Source: Escherichia coli
GTDB taxonomy: Bacteria; Pseudomonadota; Gammaproteobacteria; Enterobacterales; Enterobacteriaceae
DNA: 64,000 bases
Direction: 5' to 3' (one strand)
Assembly: GCF_001677475.2 (NCBI RefSeq)
Contig: NZ_CP015229.1
The translations under genes were made by a program, and so were the position numbers. Under the pieces are notes generated by a model. That model was given only the letters and a program-made list of their open reading frames with translations, had not been told where the DNA came from and made no database searches. Numbering within the stretch: position 1 is the stretch's first letter; every line of letters starts with the position of its first letter. This document shows positions 52,194-64,000 of the stretch, in pieces.

Positions 52194-52198
52194 AGCTA

Positions 52199-53011
52199 TC
52201 AGCACTCAACAAACTGATGCTGTTCATTAAGGCGATAGCGGACTCCGGCTCGAATATTGTTTTCACCTTCAATGGCGACGGCGAAGCGAACTCTTTCGCC
52301 GTCATGATATGCCAGTGCGGCGCTTCCCCCTGGCCCGAGAATAATTGAGTCGACCACGCCCGTGCTCACTATTGTTGAATCTTCACCGCTGGCAATGATG
52401 TGTACATTGTCGCCGCTGTTGGCAATTCTGGCGTTTGCGCCAAAGCTGGCGATTTGCACCAGGTCACCATTACTGGCGACATGACACCGTTCACCCAATG
52501 TACAAACGCGTACTCGCATTCCGGTATTCGCAATCCGACTACTATCTCCAGCGCTGCTTATCCGCGAAGAATTACCGGTTACAGCAACCCGTGCGCGTTC
52601 ACCGGAGCTGCCAATGTGACTGTTAAAGCCGACACTTCCAATCCGCACGCTATAACCCATACTGGCAATTTGCGCGGCATACCCAGCGGTTGCGATTCTG
52701 GCATTATCCTCACAACAGCCGATGCGAGCATGATCGTCGCTGCGGGCAAACTGACTGCAAAATGGTCTCTCTCCGGGATCTGTGGCCAGTTTTTGCATAG
52801 AAGAAACTTCCTGATGCGCGAAGTTTTCATCCGCCAGCCATTTTTTCCACGCATACTCAACCAGACTCTCCGCCCAGTCCGTATATCCTTCCTCAATCAG
52901 TGCATGATGAATATCGGCATAACTACCGCCGCGTGGGAAATGGCGCAGGAACCAGCGATACATCACCGCTCCGATACGCCATTCTCGCAGGTCTGCTCGT
53001 GTAATGATCAT
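52199..53011 (-). CDS. ydhT: Last gene of ydhYVWXUT operon, unknown function
   Basis: 270 aa; Gly/Ser/Ala-rich repetitive central region. Confidence 0.8.
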   Translation of the reverse strand: MIITRADLREWRIGAVMYRWFLRHFPRGGSYADIHHALIEEGYTDWAESLVEYAWKKWLADENFAHQEVSSMQKLATDPGERPFCSQFARSDDHARIGCCEDNARIATAGYAAQIASMGYSVRIGSVGFNSHIGSSGERARVAVTGNSSRISSAGDSSRIANTGMRVRVCTLGERCHVASNGDLVQIASFGANARIANSGDNVHIIASGEDSTIVSTGVVDSIILGPGGSAALAYHDGERVRFAVAIEGENNIRAGVRYRLNEQHQFVEC

Positions 53012-53014
53012 TCG

Positions 53015-53800
53015 TTAGTGCCGGTGATAGCCATCGACCATGCTTTTAAAGGTTTCGTGTGGCGTACGCCCCGTGGTGCAAAGATAAAGATGACCGAAGA
53101 TAAAAAAGAGGCTTATAAATGCCAGAGCAAAATGCGCCTGCAATAACCAGTATCTTACGCCAGGAAACACATCTCCCACGGCTTGCGGATAGAGACACAG
53201 CAGCCCCGTCAATAGTAACAACGGCAGCAATCCATACATGACACCAACATAGGCGACCTGCTGTAAGGGATTAAATTTAGACTGTGTTGTTGCCGGGAAA
53301 GGATGTTCTTCCCCCTGCATAATACCAAACAAATAAAATCGCGTTTGTTTTGCCGCTCGCTCCAGCCAACCCTGACGACGAATGCGATAGTGGTGACCAT
53401 TACCCCCAACGGCATTGATCAGAACAAAGCCGAGCCAGCATGCGAGTAACAAAAATCCGCAAACTTCATGCACCGCAACCAGACTTTTAACCGCAGTTGC
53501 GCCCACCAGCGCAAAGTGATTTATCAGCCCACTTGCCAGCAACAATACAAAGAGTAACGCATTCGACCAGTGCCATAATCTGACCGCTTTGCTGTAAAGA
53601 TAAATCTTCTCACCATAATCGGTGACTGATTTCTTCACGCCACGAGCACGAAGCAAGGCATGCAGCCCCAGCACCAACCACATCCCAACCAGCAATACTC
53701 CGGCAATGATCAACCACACCGACCAAAATTCCGGAGTGAACTGTGGCACATAGTTCGTCAACTGGCTCTGAAACTGTTCAGCATGTTGCGACGGGTTCAT
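53015..53800 (-). CDS. ydhU: PhsC/NrfD-like membrane subunit
   Basis: 261 aa; polytopic membrane protein; overlaps ydhX stop by 4 nt. Confidence 0.8.
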   Translation of the reverse strand: MNPSQHAEQFQSQLTNYVPQFTPEFWSVWLIIAGVLLVGMWLVLGLHALLRARGVKKSVTDYGEKIYLYSKAVRLWHWSNALLFVLLLASGLINHFALVGATAVKSLVAVHEVCGFLLLACWLGFVLINAVGGNGHHYRIRRQGWLERAAKQTRFYLFGIMQGEEHPFPATTQSKFNPLQQVAYVGVMYGLLPLLLLTGLLCLYPQAVGDVFPGVRYWLLQAHFALAFISLFFIFGHLYLCTTGRTPHETFKSMVDGYHRH

Positions 53801-54465
53801 ACATTTTCCTTTTTAATCAAATGTTGACCGAACCGGCGATACAGATGCGGTTTCCCGGCACCTGGTAGCTGATATTGATAGTATTTATTTTCCTGCAACC
53901 ACGCCTGAATTTCTGGACTATCTTCGCGACCAAAGATCAATGCGTGCTCCGGGCAGGCGCTGACGCAAATGGGCGGAAAGCCTTTTGCCAGTCGGGACTC
54001 AGCGCATAAATCACATTTATCTGCCACTTTAGTGACAGGGTTAAGGTAGCGAACCTGGTACGGACAAGCGCCAATGCAATAACTGCAGCCAATGCACTGC
54101 GATTTTTCTACCCGCACGATCCCCTGCTCATCACGCCACGATGCCCCCGTCGGGCAAACGTCGATGCACGGAGCATCTTCGCAGTGCTGACATGACTGGC
54201 GAAAAAAGTGATACTGCGTTTCGTTGTCGTTATCGGTGACTGGAATATGTGCTATCGATAAACGGCTTCCCTGAGCGGGGACGTGGTTAGTTTTACGGCA
54301 TGCGCGGGCGCAAATATTACAGCCATTGCACCGTGACTCGTCATGAATCATGGCATACCGAACTTCCTTTTCTTGCCTCGTGTTCGCTAACAGAGAAGAC
54401 GCAGAACCAGTAAAAAAGATTACTGTTCCCATCCCCAGAACAAATTTGCGTCGAGTAAAGGACAT
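53797..54465 (-). CDS. ydhX: Tat-exported 4Fe-4S ferredoxin-like subunit
   Basis: ORF 53797-54516; start at internal ATG 54465 giving twin-arginine signal MSFTRRKFVLGMG; four Cys clusters. Confidence 0.8.
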   Translation of the reverse strand: MSFTRRKFVLGMGTVIFFTGSASSLLANTRQEKEVRYAMIHDESRCNGCNICARACRKTNHVPAQGSRLSIAHIPVTDNDNETQYHFFRQSCQHCEDAPCIDVCPTGASWRDEQGIVRVEKSQCIGCSYCIGACPYQVRYLNPVTKVADKCDLCAESRLAKGFPPICVSACPEHALIFGREDSPEIQAWLQENKYYQYQLPGAGKPHLYRRFGQHLIKKENV

Positions 54466-54528
54466 CTGATTATCCCCTAATGCAGTGGCTGCAACTGTCC
54501 ACCCTATCCATGACATCTCCCTGAAATT

Positions 54529-55179
54529 TCAGGGGTTCTGAAACTGCTCTACCTCGAACCATTCGCATAAGCCATACGCCTTGCCATAGGTCATAAATCG
54601 CTCGCTAAACAAGTACAACACCGCCGTCGATGACTCCACCTGCCGTATATCAGCATATTCAGGTGCAATATCCATCGCGGCGATCGCGGCTTCGATCTGC
54701 GCTTCCTGGAAGTAATATGGCGCTTGCAACAGCATGGCGACTTTGTAAGGACGAGGATACGTCTGGCACTCAAAACGAACGGCGTGTGCAATGGCGCGAC
54801 AAATGTCCTGCTCCACAACTTGCAAAGACATCGCCGCGTAGTTTTCACTCATGGCCTGCGTTGAGTAATAGTAATCATCCTGGCTTCCCGTCATACACGC
54901 GATATCCGCGTAGTCTCCGTTCTGCTTAATGTTTTCCAGCAAAACTGACAGTTCCTCTTCTGCAACCGAATAGGGCGGCGAGAGAAACACGGCGCGCGCC
55001 ACCAGCTGCCCAGCCGCAGAATGCTGGCGAATGAACTCTGCTAGGATTTCAGCAGGTTCTTGTTCTGTGATGTCTTCACTTACCGTATCAACGGGGTGAC
55101 GCATCCCCTGCAACCATTGCCGCTTCGCCTCGTCAATTTCGCTGACTTCCGCTAACGGCAAGACATCCTGATGGTTCAT
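54529..55179 (-). CDS. ydhW: Protein of unknown function in ydhYVWXUT operon
   Basis: ORF 54529-55188; ATG at 55179; acidic soluble protein. Confidence 0.75.
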   Translation of the reverse strand: MNHQDVLPLAEVSEIDEAKRQWLQGMRHPVDTVSEDITEQEPAEILAEFIRQHSAAGQLVARAVFLSPPYSVAEEELSVLLENIKQNGDYADIACMTGSQDDYYYSTQAMSENYAAMSLQVVEQDICRAIAHAVRFECQTYPRPYKVAMLLQAPYYFQEAQIEAAIAAMDIAPEYADIRQVESSTAVLYLFSERFMTYGKAYGLCEWFEVEQFQNP

Positions 55180-55191
55180 CTCACCCATTCC

Positions 55192-57941
<2,750 letters not shown>

Positions 57942-58142
57942 TTATTTCGCATCCTCTTCGCAAACACAGTGCTGACAATTCAGCAGCCTGATATTAAGCA
58001 TTCAACTAATACGCTGCTGACTCTGTCCCCAACACCAGATATTTTCCCTAACCCGATAGTGTATGAGAAAAGATTTAACGCTGATAAACTAATCCTTTAT
58101 GGTTAGGAGAAAAAATAATGTGATTATTCTGAGCTCTTAACA

Positions 58143-58156
58143 TTGATCGTTATCAA
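58143..58156. promoter_or_regulatory. FNR-type box TTGAT-N4-ATCAA upstream of ydhY
   Basis: Perfect match to the FNR/CRP-family half-site spacing in AT-rich region about 200 bp upstream of ydhY start. Confidence 0.5.
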
Positions 58157-58396
58157 TTAAAATCACAAAGCAAGAAATTATAAGTGAACTGATATTTATT
58201 ATCATTTGAAATAAATTTAACTTAAGCAACAATTATTTGTGACGTTCATTGCAGAAAATAAAAATAACATTATCGCTATAAATTAAAATACATACCGAAA
58301 TTCGTATAATTTCAGCAGTTGTTATTTAGAATGATTAACTGGACTGCAACTGAACTAAGAATATCAGGATGAAGCTTACCGCCTCATCCTGAATGG

Positions 58397-58606
58397 TCAT
58401 TTTACCAGTGCGTTAATGACGGTTTCCATCGCCTGCTTTTCCAGCTCACTGCGCTGAATGCGTTTATTGGCTAATGCTGTACGTAACACGCCTGCGATAA
58501 CAATATGCTTTGGTTCCTGCCCCAGATCGCGCATTTCCAGCACAACTTTACCGACAACTCTGCACATTTCTCGGTACAGTTCATCCTCTTTTGTCCGGTT
58601 TCCCAT
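58397..58606 (-). CDS. fumD: Small protein YdhZ (fumarase D)
   Basis: 69-aa ORF. Confidence 0.75.
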   Translation of the reverse strand: MGNRTKEDELYREMCRVVGKVVLEMRDLGQEPKHIVIAGVLRTALANKRIQRSELEKQAMETVINALVK

Positions 58607-58942
58607 TCTTTATACCTATTTATCATGCCAACTATCAGCATATATCAATCTAACCAATTAAACAAAAACCAAACAAAATCAGACAAATAACGCGATAAAT
58701 TATTTTCACTGTAGCAATTGAGCGATGATGTATTTTATACGCCGGATGAACTCTCACTTATCCTCACACTGACAACCCCGGCACCAGACGTTGCGCAAAC
58801 AACGAAGTTTTTGCGTAACCTTTTCCCTGTAACGTTAAATCTTTGATAACAATTTATTGTCTTACAAGTTGTATATTTTTTGAAACGCTGTTTTTGTTTT
58901 CCTTTTAGATTAATTTCAGCGTATAATGCGCGCCAATTGACT

Positions 58943-58958
58943 CTTGAATGGTTTCAGC
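58943..58958. promoter_or_regulatory. Putative Cra (FruR) site TGAATGGTTTCA near a TATAAT element upstream of pykF
   Basis: TGAA-N4-TTCA palindromic arms seen; TATAAT at 58922-58927; pykF is a classical Cra-repressed gene. Confidence 0.4.
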
Positions 58959-59163
58959 ACTTTGGACTGTAGAACTCAACGACTCAAAAACAGGCACTCA
59001 CGTTGGGCTGAGACACAAGCACACATTCCTCTGCACGCTTTTTCGATGTCACCTATCCTTAGAGCGAGGCACCACCACTTTCGTAATACCGGATTCGCTT
59101 TCCGGCAGTGCGCCCAGAAAGCAAGTTTCTCCCATCCTTCTCAACTTAAAGACTAAGACTGTC

Positions 59164-60576
59164 ATGAAAAAGACCAAAATTGTTTGCACCATCGGACCGA
59201 AAACCGAATCTGAAGAGATGTTAGCTAAAATGCTGGACGCTGGCATGAACGTTATGCGTCTGAACTTCTCTCATGGTGACTATGCAGAACACGGTCAGCG
59301 CATTCAGAATCTGCGCAACGTGATGAGCAAAACTGGTAAAACCGCCGCGATCCTGCTTGATACCAAAGGTCCGGAAATCCGCACCATGAAACTGGAAGGC
59401 GGTAACGACGTTTCTCTGAAAGCGGGTCAGACCTTTACTTTCACCACTGATAAATCTGTTATCGGCAACAGCGAAATGGTTGCGGTAACGTATGAAGGTT
59501 TCACTGCTGACCTGTCTGTTGGCAACACCGTACTGGTTGACGATGGTCTGATCGGTATGGAAGTTACCGCCATTGAAGGTAACAAAGTTATCTGTAAAGT
59601 GCTGAACAACGGCGACCTGGGCGAAAACAAAGGTGTGAACCTGCCTGGCGTTTCCATTGCCCTGCCAGCACTGGCTGAAAAAGACAAACAGGACCTGATC
59701 TTTGGTTGCGAACAAGGCGTAGACTTTGTTGCTGCTTCCTTTATTCGTAAGCGTTCTGACGTTATCGAAATCCGTGAGCACCTGAAAGCGCACGGCGGCG
59801 AAAATATCCACATCATCTCCAAAATCGAAAACCAGGAAGGCCTCAACAACTTCGACGAAATCCTCGAAGCCTCTGACGGCATCATGGTTGCGCGTGGCGA
59901 CCTGGGTGTAGAAATCCCGGTAGAAGAAGTTATCTTCGCCCAGAAGATGATGATCGAAAAATGTATCCGTGCACGTAAAGTCGTTATCACTGCGACCCAG
60001 ATGCTGGATTCCATGATCAAAAACCCACGCCCGACTCGCGCAGAAGCCGGTGACGTTGCAAACGCCATCCTCGACGGTACTGACGCAGTGATGCTGTCTG
60101 GTGAGTCCGCAAAAGGTAAATACCCGCTGGAAGCGGTTTCTATCATGGCGACCATCTGCGAACGTACCGACCGCGTGATGAACAGCCGCCTCGAGTTCAA
60201 CAATGACAACCGTAAACTGCGCATTACCGAAGCGGTATGCCGTGGTGCCGTTGAAACTGCTGAAAAACTGGATGCTCCGCTGATCGTGGTTGCTACCCAG
60301 GGCGGTAAATCTGCTCGCGCAGTACGTAAATACTTCCCGGATGCCACCATCCTGGCACTGACCACCAACGAAAAAACGGCTCATCAGTTGGTACTGAGCA
60401 AAGGCGTTGTGCCGCAGCTGGTTAAAGAGATCACTTCTACTGATGATTTCTACCGTCTGGGTAAAGAACTGGCTCTGCAGAGCGGTCTGGCACACAAAGG
60501 TGACGTTGTAGTTATGGTTTCTGGTGCACTGGTACCGAGCGGCACTACTAACACCGCATCTGTTCACGTCCTGTAA
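59164..60576 (+). CDS. pykF: Pyruvate kinase I (FBP-activated)
   Basis: ORF 58948-60576; start at ATG 59164 ([14 protein letters not shown]) giving 470 aa. Confidence 0.95.
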
Positions 60577-60605
60577 TATTGCTTTTGTGAATTAATTTGT
60601 ATATC

Positions 60606-60632
60606 GAAGCGCCCTGATGGGCGCTTTTTTTA
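60606..60632 (+). terminator. Rho-independent terminator of pykF
   Basis: AAGCGCCC-TGAT-GGGCGCTT hairpin followed by T7. Confidence 0.75.
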
Positions 60633-60874
60633 TTTAATCGATAACCAGAAGCAATAAAAAATCAAATCGGATTTCACTATATAATCTCACTTTATCTAAG
60701 ATGAATCCGATGGAAGCATCCTGTTTTCTCTCAATTTTTTTATCTAAAACCCAGCGTTCGATGCTTCTTTGAGCGAACGATCAAAAATAAGTGCCTTCCC
60801 ATCAAAAAAATATTCTCAACATAAAAAACTTTGTGTAATACTTGTAACGCTACATGGAGATTAACTCAATCTAG

Positions 60875-61123
<249 letters not shown>

Positions 61124-61140
61124 TAGTACCTGTGAAGTGA

Positions 61141-61172
61141 AAAATGGCGCACATTGTGCGCCATTTTTTTTG
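61141..61172 (+). terminator. Rho-independent terminator of lpp
   Basis: AAAATGGCGCACA-TTG-TGCGCCATTTT hairpin followed by T-run. Confidence 0.8.
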
Positions 61173-61186
61173 CCTGCTATTTACCG

Positions 61187-62191
61187 CTACTGCGTCGCGC
61201 GTAACATATTCCCTTGCTCTGTTTCCCCATTCTGCGCTGACTCTACTGAAGGCGCATTGCTGGCTGCGGGAGTTGCTCCACTGCTCACCGCAACCGGATA
61301 CCCTGCCCGACGATACAACGCTTTATCGACTAATTTCTGATCTACACCCTTATTGTCTTTAAATTGCGTAAAGCCTGCTGGCAGTGTGTATGGCATTGTC
61401 TGAACGTTCTGCTGTTCTTCTGCCGATAGTGGTCGATGTACTTCAACATAACGCATCCCGTTAGGCTCCACGGAATATTTCACCGGTTCGTTGATCACTT
61501 TCACCGGCGTTCCCGTCCGCACGCTGGAGAATAAGGCTTTAATATCCGGTGCATTCATGCGAATACACCCTGAACTGACGCGCAAACCGACGCTGTCCGG
61601 CGCACTGGTGCCGTGAATGAGGTATTCGCCATTACCATGCGCGAGGCGCAGTGCGTAACGTCCTAGTGGGTTATTTGGCCCGGCAGGAACGACTGGCGGT
61701 AATTTAATGCCACGCTCAAGCGAACGCTGACGAATGCCTGCCGTAGGCGTCCAGGTTGGGTTAGGGATTTTCTGCCCCACACGCGTTTCCATCACTGGCG
61801 TTTCCAGCCCCTGCAAACCAATACCTATCGGATAGACCTGCACGATATTTTCTCCCGGCGGATAATAATAAAGGCGCAGCTCTGCCAGGTTAACGATAAT
61901 CCCCTGACGCGGCGCATCAGGTAATAACAGTTGCGAAGGAATAGTTATCGTCGTACCAGGTTTTGGCACCGGGGCGATAGTGTTATTGGCTTCAAGGATC
62001 AACATTGCCGCAGTATCAAAACGTCGGGCGATGGCCTGAAGGTTTTTATCCCCTTCCTGCACCATATACGTTTGATTTTGCCCAACCAGTCGGCTTCCGG
62101 TTGGTGGTAGCGGATAATCAACCGCCCAGGCAGCCTGGATGGCGCTAAAAGCGCCGATAAGCGTGAGTGTAAGCAAAGACGCGCGTTTCAT
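61187..62191 (-). CDS. ldtE: L,D-transpeptidase (YkuD domain) with LysM
   Basis: 334 aa; signal peptide; catalytic motif SSGCIRM. Confidence 0.88.
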   Translation of the reverse strand: MKRASLLTLTLIGAFSAIQAAWAVDYPLPPTGSRLVGQNQTYMVQEGDKNLQAIARRFDTAAMLILEANNTIAPVPKPGTTITIPSQLLLPDAPRQGIIVNLAELRLYYYPPGENIVQVYPIGIGLQGLETPVMETRVGQKIPNPTWTPTAGIRQRSLERGIKLPPVVPAGPNNPLGRYALRLAHGNGEYLIHGTSAPDSVGLRVSSGCIRMNAPDIKALFSSVRTGTPVKVINEPVKYSVEPNGMRYVEVHRPLSAEEQQNVQTMPYTLPAGFTQFKDNKGVDQKLVDKALYRRAGYPVAVSSGATPAASNAPSVESAQNGETEQGNMLRATQ

Positions 62192-62339
62192 TGTAAACCT
62201 CCTGTATTTGCCGGAGACTCACGCTGAAACGTCGGATGGCGCTTATGTTCACCTGAAACCGAAACACTCCTGTGCAGGTCAGTGTAAACATTGACCATCC
62301 GGCAATGTGAGCCAACCGGATGAAAGCTGTCCCTTTAGT

Positions 62340-62756
62340 TTAGCTAAGTGCAGCGGCTTTGGCGCGAATTGCGCGAATCATCGCTTCCAGACCTTGTGAA
62401 CGAGATGGGGTGAGATGTTGGGTGAGCGCCATTTTTTCAAACCACGGACGCACATCGAAATTGACAATATCCTGCGGCGTCATCTGATCGTAGAGAATAA
62501 AGACGACCGCAATAAGCCCTTTCACAATCGCCGCATCGCTGTCGCCCTGCAATTCAATAATTCCCTGCGCATTCTGGCGCATGACAATCCACACCTGACT
62601 CTGGCAGCCCTGAATGCTATTTTGTGGGCTTCGGTCTTCGTCGCGTAATTCTGGCAGACGCTGGCCCAGCTCAATAATGTAGAGATATTTCTCTTCCCAG
62701 TTGGCACAGCGTAAAAAATTACGCAGCAATTTTTCTTTATCCGGCAATAAAGCCAT
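62340..62756 (-). CDS. sufE: Cysteine desulfuration protein SufE
   Basis: 138-aa ORF directly downstream of sufS. Confidence 0.92.
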
Positions 62757-62768
62757 AGTGCCTCCCTG

Positions 62769-63989
62769 TTATCCCAGCAGACGGTGAATACGTTGCAATC
62801 CGGTCACCAGACGATCCACTTCTTCATGGGTGTTATACATGGCCAGCGACGCCCGACACATCGCAGGGACGTTGTAATAGGCCATTAATGGCATAGCGCA
62901 GTGATGTCCGGTACGCACAGCAATGCCGTAATTATCGAGAAAACTGCCAACATCATAGGCGTGGTGTTTACCGAGATTAAAAGCAATAACGCCAAGCCTG
63001 TTTTGTGGGCCATAGAGAGTGAGATCCGGTACAGATTCCAGCTGTGATAGCGCGTAGTGCATCAGATTCTGTTCATACTCGGATATGTTATTAAGCCCCA
63101 GCGCCGAAACATACTCCAGCGCCGCGCCAAGACCAATGATGCCCCCGGTATTGGGTGTACCGGCTTCAAACCGCCATGGTGCTTTGGTCCAGGTAGTGCC
63201 TTCACTCAGGCTGACGGTGGCGATCATAGAACCGCCCCCTTCCCACGGCGGCATCTCCTGCAACAAGGCTTCTTTCACATAAAGAATGCCAATTCCGGTG
63301 GGGCCATACAGTTTATGCCCGGAAAACACGTAAAAATCGCAATCCAGCGCCTGAACATCCACCGGATGATGCATCACCGCCTGAGCGCCATCCACCATCA
63401 CTTTTGCGCCATGCTGGTGCGCAAGCGTGATCATTTCCGCCAGCGGATTTTCTGTTCCCAGCACGTTGGAGACATGAGTAATTGCCAGCAGGCGAGTTTT
63501 CTCATCAAACAGCGTAGGCAGCGTCTCCAGTTGCAGCGTACCGTCGGGGTTGAGAGGGATCACACGCAGCTCTGCGCCAACGCGTGCGCAAAGCATCTGC
63601 CAGGGAACAATGTTAGCGTGGTGCTCCATCTGACTTATGATGATGTTATCGCCCGCCCGCACGTTGCTGTTGCCCCAGCTATTGGCGACCAGATTGATCC
63701 CTTCCGTCGTGCCGCGGACGAACACCAGCTCTTCCGCCGAACGGGCATTAATAAACAGCGATGCCCGCTTGCGCACGTTCTCCATTTTCTCGGTCGCCTG
63801 GGCGCTTAAGGTATGAATACCGCGATGCACCGCCGCGTAGCCATGACGATAAAACTCGGCCTCGGCGTCAATCACCTGGCTCGGTTTCTGCGCACTGGCG
63901 GCGCTATCGAGATAAGCCAGCGGCAAACCGTTTACCTCACGCGAAAGCACCGGAAAGTCGGCCCGCACTTTGTCGACGGAAAAAGTCAT
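62769..63989 (-). CDS. sufS: Cysteine desulfurase SufS (PLP-dependent, class V aminotransferase)
   Basis: 406 aa; GGAGGTG RBS (rc of 63991-64000) just before the window end. Confidence 0.93.
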   Translation of the reverse strand: MTFSVDKVRADFPVLSREVNGLPLAYLDSAASAQKPSQVIDAEAEFYRHGYAAVHRGIHTLSAQATEKMENVRKRASLFINARSAEELVFVRGTTEGINLVANSWGNSNVRAGDNIIISQMEHHANIVPWQMLCARVGAELRVIPLNPDGTLQLETLPTLFDEKTRLLAITHVSNVLGTENPLAEMITLAHQHGAKVMVDGAQAVMHHPVDVQALDCDFYVFSGHKLYGPTGIGILYVKEALLQEMPPWEGGGSMIATVSLSEGTTWTKAPWRFEAGTPNTGGIIGLGAALEYVSALGLNNISEYEQNLMHYALSQLESVPDLTLYGPQNRLGVIAFNLGKHHAYDVGSFLDNYGIAVRTGHHCAMPLMAYYNVPAMCRASLAMYNTHEEVDRLVTGLQRIHRLLG

Positions 63990-64000
63990 CTTGCACCTCC

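Noticed and set aside
58948-59163. 72-codon N-terminal extension of pykF ORF
   Set aside because: In-frame readthrough of the leader/promoter region; the canonical [12 protein letters not shown] start at 59164 gives a 470-aa pyruvate kinase.
59221-60567. 448-aa and nested 313-aa ORFs antisense to pykF
   Set aside because: Shadow ORFs within a highly expressed, codon-biased gene; their products are low-complexity and lack recognisable motifs.
63057-63809. 250-aa ORF antisense to sufS
   Set aside because: Shadow ORF within the sufS coding region; no independent signals.

Overview
This window reads as a conserved enterobacterial (Escherichia coli K-12-like) core-chromosome segment running from malI to sufS, and I found no novel multi-gene system in it. 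The only clearly accessory element is a 2.4-kb IS21-family insertion sequence (istA/istB) that splits the helicase gene lhr, flanked by an 8-bp direct repeat. Gene order is malI'-malX-malY-add-ydgJ-blr-cnu-ydgK-rsxABCDGE-nth-dtpA-gstA-pdxY-tyrS-pdxH-mliC-anmK-slyB-slyA-ydhIJK-sodC-ydhF-ydhL-nemR-nemA-gloA-rnt-lhr::IS-grxD-mepH-sodB-ydhP-ynhF-purR-punR-punC-cfa-ribC-mdtK-ydhQ-valV-valW-ydhR-ydhS-ydhYVWXUT-fumD-pykF-lpp-ldtE-sufE-sufS. All gene calls rest on my recognition of the translated ORFs and on local sequence signals (start codons, RBS, hairpins, palindromes); no database search was run, and coordinates of regulatory sites were counted by hand. Other points of note are a 96-bp in-frame tandem repeat array in rsxC, the FNR-box-preceded ydhYVWXUT oxidoreductase operon of unknown substrate, and several recognisable operator palindromes (MalI, SlyA, NemR, PurR, Cra, PhoP). 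No CRISPR array, prophage or rRNA is present.
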